This document shows, one piece after another, positions 57,074 to 64,000 of a stretch of 64,000 bases of DNA; the stretch's first letter is position 1; each line of letters opens with the position of its first letter. The stretch is taken from positions 320,001 through 384,000 of the forward strand of contig CAXXKD010000001.1 of the NCBI GenBank assembly GCA_963422375.2. The letters run 5' to 3'. A model generated the notes under the pieces. It was not told the DNA's origin. It ran no database searches and saw nothing but the letters and a program-made list of their open reading frames with translations. Origin of the DNA: Bryobacterales bacterium. Its GTDB lineage: Bacteria > Acidobacteriota > Terriglobia > Bryobacterales > UBA6623. Made by a program: the position numbers and the translations under genes.

Positions 57074-57508
57074 GCCGAGGTTTGGTGCGCCGCTCGCAGA
57101 TTGCGACGCTGGTCACCTTCGGCACCGCTGCATGATAGGGAACGCCGGCCTCCGAGTGCTGTCGCCGCGCCTTGGCTTGTGGGGCACGACAGCTCGGGAG
57201 TTGAGCTCGGACGGCGAATGTCGCGGGGCTCGCGACGCAAGCGGGAAGACGAAGCGACTCGGCCGGAGGGTTGCAGCGGCTGCGACTGATTCCCACGCCT
57301 CCCGGCATGAGCGCAGGTCCAGGTGTTCCCATGCCAACGGGACGTCGGACAGCTCCGATTCAGGCCGGAACGGATTCAAACAGAGCTAGTGCCGCCCGCC
57401 AGATTCAATAGGGAATTATATATCTGAGTGCCGACAACGCCATGTCCGACTAGAACTGCTGTGAGCGGGGAGGTCGGCGTCGAGCTCGGGTCATTCGAGT
57501 GCGGCCGC

Positions 57509-57543
57509 GGTGGGCACGGAAGGGTGGGCACGGAAGGGTGGGC
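57509..57543. repeat. 14-bp tandem repeat, 2.5 copies
   Basis: GGTGGGCACGGAAG twice, then GGTGGGC. Confidence 0.85.
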
Positions 57544-57841
57544 TCGTATTGGAATCGAACCTGCCAGCGGAATGGACGAGGCACGGATTGGAGAGGCCCC
57601 CTCGCATGCTCCGGTGGAACCCGGTTTGCGGTGGAGGGGCACCTCTTGCAAGCCGATTGCGTGCCCTCCGAGTGCCGAAGGCAGCGGATCCCCGGCGCTC
57701 GACGGTCTGCATCGACGGTCCGGGCCGGACTCGGGTCGAGCCGGGGGATTCCGGATCCGGTGCGCCCCTCGCACCGAGCGCGCACCGAGCGCGAAGAGAG
57801 CGCCCGGAGCGGGCCGCCGCGCTCGGCTCGGCGGGCGCCGC

Positions 57842-58821
57842 TCAGGCCGCGACCGCGGCCTGGCCGGTCAGCTGCCGGTAGGTCAGCGTCCGGCCGGCCA
57901 GGCCCCGCGCCATGCGCCGCATCCGTTCCGCCGTTGTTCCGCCGTGTCGCAGTCGCGGTCGTTGTAACGTCCCGCGAACTCCGTGAGGTAGCGGCCGAGA
58001 TGACGGACGCTCATCCGGTGATAGGTTCCGTACAGGCCGCGCTTGAACAGGGACCAAAACGATTCGATGCCGTTCGTATGCGCCGCCCCGCGCACGTACT
58101 CGCCGCCGGAGTGCCTGACGGCTTCGTGCGCGAACTCCGCCATGCCGGCGCAGGCCGCCGCCTCGTCGGAGCGGACCTGCGCCCCCGGCGCGACGCGGGC
58201 GCGCACGAAGCCCTGCAGGTCGCCCTTGGCGGTGCCCGGCAGCGGCCGCGCGGCCGCTGCGTTCGTGGCGCGGTCCCGCGCCCCCGCCACCGGGGTCTTG
58301 CCGACGGGCCCGCGCCCGGCGCGGGCCTTCTTCCTCTCGTGCTTATTGCGTTCCTTGCCGCCGACGTAGGTCTCGTCCACCTCCGCCGGGCCGGCGAACA
58401 GGCCCTGATCGCGCTCCCGGCACGCGCGGATGCGGTGCGCGAGGTGCCAGGCCGACTTCCGGCTGACGCCTAGGTCGCGGTGCAGCTTCATGCTCGAGAC
58501 GCCCTTGATGCCGGTAGTCAGCAGGAACAGGGCGACGGCCCGGGTGCGGTAGCCGAGCTCGGTGTCGGCCGTCACGCTGCCGGTGCGCACCGAAAAGCGC
58601 TTGCCGCAGCCGCGGCAACGGTACGGCATCGAAGGGTGGGCCGCGCCGGACTGCACGCTGGAGCGGCGGCAGTGGGGGCACGCGGGACCGTCCGGCCAGC
58701 GCATGGAGGCGAACCACTTTTCCGCGGATTCGTCATCGGGGAACATGGCGATCACTTCAATCAGAGTGATGCCTTTACGAAACCACTTCCCGGGGCCTTT
58801 CTGCTTCATAGACGACCTCAT
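57842..58821 (-). pseudogene. IS1595 transposase with C-terminus frameshifted by an 11-nt duplication
   Basis: RWPDGPACPHC..CRGC, EVDETYVGG, SDE, HTNGIESFWS. The native tail MRRMARGLAGRTLTYRQLT lies in another frame after GTTCCGCCGT-T-GTTCCGCCGT (57925-57945). Confidence 0.85.
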
Positions 58822-58947
58822 ATATTGGAACTATTCTATCAAAATACTCCACCAAATGTCAACAGATTTCCGGAAGAAATATGAAATTAATTTATGGACT
58901 GATAATTTGCAAAATCGGTTGACTCAGCACTCAGATATATAATTCCC

Positions 58948-59226
58948 TATCAAAAAAATCAAGGTGTTCCCAAGAACGCCAAAGTTGCATTCATGTGGAT
59001 GCACAGGGCCGTACAGCAGGGGCTCGCCATAGCGCAGAATCATCTCGCGTTCATGTATTTCAGCGGTCAGGGAGTAGCCGAAGACTACACCTTCGCCTTG
59101 GCTTGGTGGAACTTCGCTTCCGCAAAGGGCAACGAGCAAGCAAGATTCGCCAAGGAGGCCCTTCGCAAGATCATGACTGCCGCGCAGATCGCGGAGGCTC
59201 AAGTACTGAGTCGTGAGCTAGAGTAG
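58948..59226 (+). pseudogene. C-terminal fragment of a Sel1-like repeat protein truncated at the IS end
   Basis: YQKNQGVPKNAKVAFMWMHRAVQQGLAIAQNHLAFMYFSGQGVAEDY..AWWNFASAKG..MTAAQIAEAQ. Confidence 0.8.
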
Positions 59227-59260
59227 CGGGGAGAGTTGGAATAGCCCGCATTCCCGTGGC

Positions 59261-60490
59261 TCACGGCTGCGACGTCCTTCCGGCCGGTGTGGGATTCGAG
59301 TCGGGCGTTCCGAGCAGGATTCGCTGGTCCTTCTCCCGCCGTTGCGACTGCAGCCGCCGATACTCGGTTAGCTGCTGCTTCTGAGCGGCCGAGTTGCCGG
59401 TCGCGCGGTGGGCGCGGGCCAGCTGGTAGCGCGAGCCGGGGTCCGTCGGATTCTGTTCGACAGCCTGCTCGAGATGGCCGGTCGCCTCGGCGGGGCGGTC
59501 CATGTCCAGCAGCAGCCTCCCCAGCGCCAGCCTGGCCTCGGTCAGACCGGGGCGCAGGCGCACGGCGCGCTGCAAGTAGCCGAGAGCTGTCTCGTATTCC
59601 GTCTTCGCGTAGTGGATCGCGCCGGCGCGGTGGGCGGCCGCAGCGTGCGTCGGGTTCGTCGACAGCTCCAGCTCGAATTGTTCCAAGGCGTCGTCCGCGC
59701 CGGCGGGGGCGTCGGCCAGCGCCAGCATCGCCTCGCCGAGCCGGAACCGCAGCCCGGGCCGCCTGGGATCCTTTGCCAGCGCCTTGCTGTATTCCATGAC
59801 GGCTAGGTCGTAGTACTGGCGGCTCTCGTACGATTCGCCCATCGCCTGATGCCCCCAAACGGACTCCGGGGCCACCCGTGCGAGGTCGAAAGCTGCCTTG
59901 ACGGCCACCTCGCGATAGGTGCGGTTCGCGTGAAAGAGGATCTCCGGATCGTCGGGATGTGCGATCTGCAGCTCGGCCGTCACCTTCGCGGCCTGCGCAT
60001 GCTTGTGCAGGCCGAGATAGCTCCGAATAAGCTCGAGACCCGCAAGCCGCTTCACGCCCTCGTGGTCCGGCGGGTCCGCGTAGCCTTCCTCGAGCTCCGG
60101 CAGCGCCTCGCGGAAACGGCCCAGCTCGGAAAGGCAGATGGCCAGCAGCACCCGCGCCGCCTTCAGGGCCGGGCGCAGCTCCAGCGCCCTCTGGAAGGAC
60201 GGGGCGGAGCGGTCGCACTGGCGGTCGAAGAAGTAACTCAGTCCGATCTTCGCATGCAGCTCCGCGCTGTCGGTGAGGGACCGGGCCAGCAGCGAGTATC
60301 GTTCCGCGGCCGCCTCGTAGCGCTGCTCGGCGAAGGCCTGCTCGGCGGCGCGGAACTGGCTCAGCTGCTCGTCGCTGAGGGTGGGCTGCGCTAGCGCCGC
60401 CCACGCGGATGCGGCAACGAAAAGGCCTCGGGCTCCCAGCGGGAGCCCGAGGCGTCGCCCGAGTGCTGCGAATTGCCTGCCGCCGGTCAA
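59261..60490 (-). CDS. Secreted tetratricopeptide-repeat protein
   Basis: Multiple TPR helix pairs; signal-like N-terminus; overlaps the TonB-receptor stop. Confidence 0.88.
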   Translation of the reverse strand: MTGGRQFAALGRRLGLPLGARGLFVAASAWAALAQPTLSDEQLSQFRAAEQAFAEQRYEAAAERYSLLARSLTDSAELHAKIGLSYFFDRQCDRSAPSFQRALELRPALKAARVLLAICLSELGRFREALPELEEGYADPPDHEGVKRLAGLELIRSYLGLHKHAQAAKVTAELQIAHPDDPEILFHANRTYREVAVKAAFDLARVAPESVWGHQAMGESYESRQYYDLAVMEYSKALAKDPRRPGLRFRLGEAMLALADAPAGADDALEQFELELSTNPTHAAAAHRAGAIHYAKTEYETALGYLQRAVRLRPGLTEARLALGRLLLDMDRPAEATGHLEQAVEQNPTDPGSRYQLARAHRATGNSAAQKQQLTEYRRLQSQRREKDQRILLGTPDSNPTPAGRTSQP

Positions 60491-63400
60491 AACTCGAATC
60501 GCAGCGAGGCCTGCATCACACGCGGACCGCGCGCCGAAGTGACGCGACCGAAGTTGCCGTTGATTTGCGCTCCTGACGCGTCGAACCGCGCTGAGTTATC
60601 GACGCCGCTGTACTGCGTGTGATTGAACATGTTGTAGGCCTCCATCGCGATCCGGAAGCGCGTTCGCTCGGTGACCGGGAAGTGCTTGTAGACCGTGATG
60701 TCCCAGCTGTTCAGCCCGGGTCCCCTGAAGACGTCGCGCGGCGCGTTGCCGAAGTCCCCGAAGCCCGGGCCGGCCACGGACTCGGTGTTAAACCAGCGGT
60801 CGAACGACTTGTTGGAGATGATTGGGTTGGCCAACATGTTCGCCCTCGGGGAGTCGCCTCCGCCCCAGCGGTCCACCCCGTCGGTGTAGCTGAACCCTAC
60901 GCCGCTCGGGAAGCCGCTGGCCATGGTGATAATGCCTGCGATCTCCCAGTCGTGGAAGACGGCCCGCCCGGCAGCGCTATTCGCGAACGCGTTCGCGTTG
61001 GGTACGGTCCACAGGTAGTTCAGGACCAGCATGTGGGTCTGGTCGAAGTCCAGCTTGCCGTAGAGGTACTCCCGTGCTCCTCGGAACTGGGGCAGCGAGT
61101 CCCTGTCGTGGTCGCCGAGGCCCATGGACTTCGACCAGGTGTAGGCCACGCCGTACTGGAAGTTGGACGTGTAGCGGCGATTCAGGCTAACCTGCAACGC
61201 GTTGTAGTTCGAATAGCTGGAATTCTCTTGGTAGTTGATCCCTTGGTAGCCGCGGAAAGGCCGCAGGAACGCAATCGGCAGCACGCCGCCCGTCGTTGGA
61301 TCCTTGCTGGTGTCGAGGAAGCGAGTCCCGGGCGCCAGCGAGTTGATCTCGCGCGCCGCGTACAGCCGCCTGCCGCTGTTGCCGACGTAGCTCACGTCGA
61401 GCACGGTCCCGCCTCCTATGTCCTGCTGCACGCCGAAGCTCCACTGGTAGACCAGCGGCGGCTTGAATTCTGGCTGGAAGGCCTTGACGCTCGGAGGGAA
61501 CAGCGCCTGCCCCGCGTTGAGAAACGTATCCATGTTCCCGAAGTAGATGTTCGGCGACTCGAGGATCGGCGGGGAGGTGGTGACGGTCCACATCGAGCCC
61601 TGCGCTCCCATGATTGCCTGGGACTGCACTGCGAGGGACGCGCGGACAGCCGTCTTGCCCTTTCCGAACGGGTCGTAGGCGAAGCCGAGGCGCGGCTGGG
61701 GCTGGATGGCAGGGCGCTCGCGGTACCCGTGGAGGTAGTCGTCCTCGCCGTCGCCGATGATCAGTCCGTTCAGGCGCTCGCCCTGGCCGGGAATCGTCGC
61801 TCCGATGTACGGCGTCGGGAACAGCTTGCGGGTGAACGGGTCGATCGCCACGCGGTTGCCGCCGGTGTCTCGGTACGGGAAGTACATGAAGGGCGCCGTG
61901 CCGGGCTGGTAGCGGCTGACGGCGAACGCCGAGCCTTCGTTCTCGCGCAGCCTCCATGGCGTGAACGAGGAGAACCGGATGCCGACATCGAGCGTGAGCT
62001 TGGGAGTCACTTTCCATGTGTCTTGGGCGAACCATTCGATGGAGTACGACCTCGCCAGCCCCTCGGTCTGCCCGCTCGACTCCGCGTACGAGTAGAAGTC
62101 ACCCATCAGGGCGGTCGCGAACGGGTGATTCGAATCGTACGGATTCAAGTTGCTGCGCCGGAAGTCGTAGGTGCCCATGTGACCCGGGTCGCTGGACCTC
62201 GGCCCCTCGCTGGCGTCGTTCAGCTCGTAGTAGAAGCCGAACTTGATGGTGTGGTCTCCCTTGAACCAGCTGATGTTGTTCGACAGCACCACGCGCTCGT
62301 CGTGCGCCGCGATCGGCGTGCGACGGTCGTAGTCGACCTGCGGCCCGTTCGGAATGCCGCCGAAGGACATGCGCGGCACTAGGTTCAGCGGGTTCGCAGA
62401 CGGGAAGAGCTGGCCGAGTTCGGACAGGCCGGGATAGTTGTCCTTGCGCAGGTCTTCGAGCTGGAAGTCGTCGTTCAGCGCGCCGGACTCGCGGCTCAGG
62501 CCGAGGCCGAGGCGGAATTCGTTCACCAGCGTCGGCGACAGCGTCTTGTTGTAGATGCCCTGCAGGTTCTTGTTGATGTACTCGTAGTGGTGGGCCTGCT
62601 TGAAGATGCTGTCGTTGAAGGCGTTGAACGCGACGGACTCGCGCTGGGCCTGGATGTCGGCGTTCCAGAATCGCGGGCGGAAGGTGATGCGGTCGTTCGG
62701 CGTCGGCACGTAGTCGACCTTGAACTGCCACTGGCCCTTCGGGTGCGCCGACGGAGATAGCTCGGTGTAGTTGATGCCTTGCGAGGAGTAGAGACCCTGG
62801 TCCGTGGGATTCGGCATGAAGTTCAGGATCCCCTGTCCGGCGGCATGGATCCGCTGGGGCGGGATCTTGTTGTTCGGGAAGGGGTTGCCGGTCATGTGGT
62901 CGACGACCGCGATCAAGGCGCCGTCTTGCTCGACCGATTGGGAGAAGTCGCCCTGCCGCTCCAGCGAGGTGGGCACCGTGGCCTTGTGGCGGCGGCTGGG
63001 CTTCTGGATTCTCCAGTCCTCCCGGCTGACGAAGAAGAACGCCTTGTCCTTCTTGATGGGGCCGCCGAGCACTCCTCCGAAGGTGTCGAAGCGGTACGGG
63101 GGCTTGTCGGCGCCGTAGCGGTTGTTGTCGAACGAGTTCGCGTTGAGCGCCTCGTTGCGCTTGAACCAGTAGCCGGACCCGTGAAATTCGTTCGTCCCCG
63201 ACTTGGAGATGATGTTGACCTGCGCGCCCGGGACGCGGCCGTACTCGGCTTGGTACGCGGTTGACTTGACGCTCACCTCTTGGATGGCGTCCATGCTGAC
63301 CGACACGTGGAACGTGGTGGTGTCGTCGATGTCGTTGCCCGGCATGCCGTCCAGCATGAAGTTGTTCCAGCCGTTGCGCGCTCCCGAGAAGTTGGGCGTG

Positions 63401-63933
63401 CGAGAGCCCCAGTTCCCGCCCAGGGCGTCGCTGTTGGCGACTTGGGCAACGCCGGGAAGCACGGTCAGCAGGGCCACGATGTCGCGCCCGCGCTGCATCA
63501 GCCCGTCCATCTGGTTGCTCGTCAGCAGGGCGTTGACGCCTGCGGTGTCGGTTTCCACCGCGGCGCCCTCGGCCTCGACCGTGACCGTCTCGGTGACCGC
63601 GCCGATGGAGAGCTGGATGGTGCCGAGCGCGAGCGCCTGGTCCGCGCTGATGATGATGCCCGTCTGCTCGTAGGACTGGAATCCCTCGGACTGCACGCTG
63701 ATCGAGTAGGTGGCCGGCGGAAGCGCCGGCACCACGAAGTTGCCTGCCTCGTTCGATTGGACAGATCTCTGCTCGGATGTGCCGGTATTGGTGACAGTGA
63801 CGTCGGCGGCGACGATCACCTGTCCGGTCGGGTCCGCGACAGTGCCCGACAAGCGGCCCGACACCTGGGCCCAGCCGTTGCCCGCGACGAGCAGTAGGCC
63901 TAGCACGGTGAGGGCCGAGAATCGCAAGTTCAT
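60487..63933 (-). CDS. TonB-dependent receptor (carboxypeptidase-regulatory N-domain), intact
   Basis: Signal peptide, GTVADPTG, SKSGTNEFHG, QPRLGFAYD, C-terminal VMQASLRFEF; GGAGG RBS. Confidence 0.94.
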   Translation of the reverse strand: MNLRFSALTVLGLLLVAGNGWAQVSGRLSGTVADPTGQVIVAADVTVTNTGTSEQRSVQSNEAGNFVVPALPPATYSISVQSEGFQSYEQTGIIISADQALALGTIQLSIGAVTETVTVEAEGAAVETDTAGVNALLTSNQMDGLMQRGRDIVALLTVLPGVAQVANSDALGGNWGSRTPNFSGARNGWNNFMLDGMPGNDIDDTTTFHVSVSMDAIQEVSVKSTAYQAEYGRVPGAQVNIISKSGTNEFHGSGYWFKRNEALNANSFDNNRYGADKPPYRFDTFGGVLGGPIKKDKAFFFVSREDWRIQKPSRRHKATVPTSLERQGDFSQSVEQDGALIAVVDHMTGNPFPNNKIPPQRIHAAGQGILNFMPNPTDQGLYSSQGINYTELSPSAHPKGQWQFKVDYVPTPNDRITFRPRFWNADIQAQRESVAFNAFNDSIFKQAHHYEYINKNLQGIYNKTLSPTLVNEFRLGLGLSRESGALNDDFQLEDLRKDNYPGLSELGQLFPSANPLNLVPRMSFGGIPNGPQVDYDRRTPIAAHDERVVLSNNISWFKGDHTIKFGFYYELNDASEGPRSSDPGHMGTYDFRRSNLNPYDSNHPFATALMGDFYSYAESSGQTEGLARSYSIEWFAQDTWKVTPKLTLDVGIRFSSFTPWRLRENEGSAFAVSRYQPGTAPFMYFPYRDTGGNRVAIDPFTRKLFPTPYIGATIPGQGERLNGLIIGDGEDDYLHGYRERPAIQPQPRLGFAYDPFGKGKTAVRASLAVQSQAIMGAQGSMWTVTTSPPILESPNIYFGNMDTFLNAGQALFPPSVKAFQPEFKPPLVYQWSFGVQQDIGGGTVLDVSYVGNSGRRLYAAREINSLAPGTRFLDTSKDPTTGGVLPIAFLRPFRGYQGINYQENSSYSNYNALQVSLNRRYTSNFQYGVAYTWSKSMGLGDHDRDSLPQFRGAREYLYGKLDFDQTHMLVLNYLWTVPNANAFANSAAGRAVFHDWEIAGIITMASGFPSGVGFSYTDGVDRWGGGDSPRANMLANPIISNKSFDRWFNTESVAGPGFGDFGNAPRDVFRGPGLNSWDITVYKHFPVTERTRFRIAMEAYNMFNHTQYSGVDNSARFDASGAQINGNFGRVTSARGPRVMQASLRFEF

Positions 63934-64000
63934 GATTTCCTCCCAGCAGGGATCCCTGCTGACGGTTCCGTGGAATGGCTCGTTCGTGCCCCCGGAGAAC

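Larger units (their letters stand above)
57411..58947 (-). mobile_element. IS1595-family element (1537 bp) with perfect 21-bp TIRs and about 410 bp of passenger DNA
   Basis: GGGAATTATATATCTGAGTGC at 57411-57431 and GCACTCAGATATATAATTCCC at 58927-58947; no matching TSD. Confidence 0.9.

Noticed and set aside
57151..57198. Long hairpin after batE (similar hairpins at 3316-3347 and 43039-43068) as ncRNA or riboswitch
   Set aside because: GC-rich stems arise readily by chance; they share no sequence and match no family I recognise.
57509..57543. Possible mini-CRISPR array
   Set aside because: 14-bp head-to-tail repeats without spacers; no cas genes. No CRISPR array was found anywhere in the window.

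Overview
High-GC bacterial chromosomal window. The gene repertoire (carboxypeptidase-regulatory-domain TonB receptors, CRTAC1/ASPIC-UnbV protein, PSD1/DUF1501 pair, Na+-NQR, a Sel1 fragment) suggests a marine Acidobacteriota/Bryobacterales-like organism, possibly host-associated; this is an inference. Contents in order: a decayed accessory patch (IS1182-like remnant, IS1595 with TIRs and 8-bp TSD, DUF1156-type methylase pseudogene); an SDR; a complete nqrABCDEF-apbE-nqrM operon; thiS and a MerR-like regulator behind a G17-TATAAT promoter; der; a phosphodiesterase; a hidden ArsC/Spx-like selenoprotein (UGA in a UxxC motif followed by a SECIS-like hairpin) that the ORF track truncates; four tRNAs; panE; a signal-peptide WrbA-like protein; two disrupted PHP-like metallohydrolases flanking IS630 and ISNCY remnants; a GH29 fucosidase; a DUF1501 / PSD1-cytochrome / multiheme-TPR / CRTAC1 / TonB-receptor envelope cluster; tRNA-Asn; a cryptic hsdM pseudogene; a YbbP-like permease; groES-groEL with a HAIR-like dyad and a half CIRCE; batA-batB/C-batD-batE without moxR; a second IS1595 abutting a truncated Sel1 gene; a TPR protein; and an intact TonB-dependent receptor. 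Many genes carry single frameshifts, which may be real decay or assembly error. Family assignments come from motif recognition by eye, not database searches.
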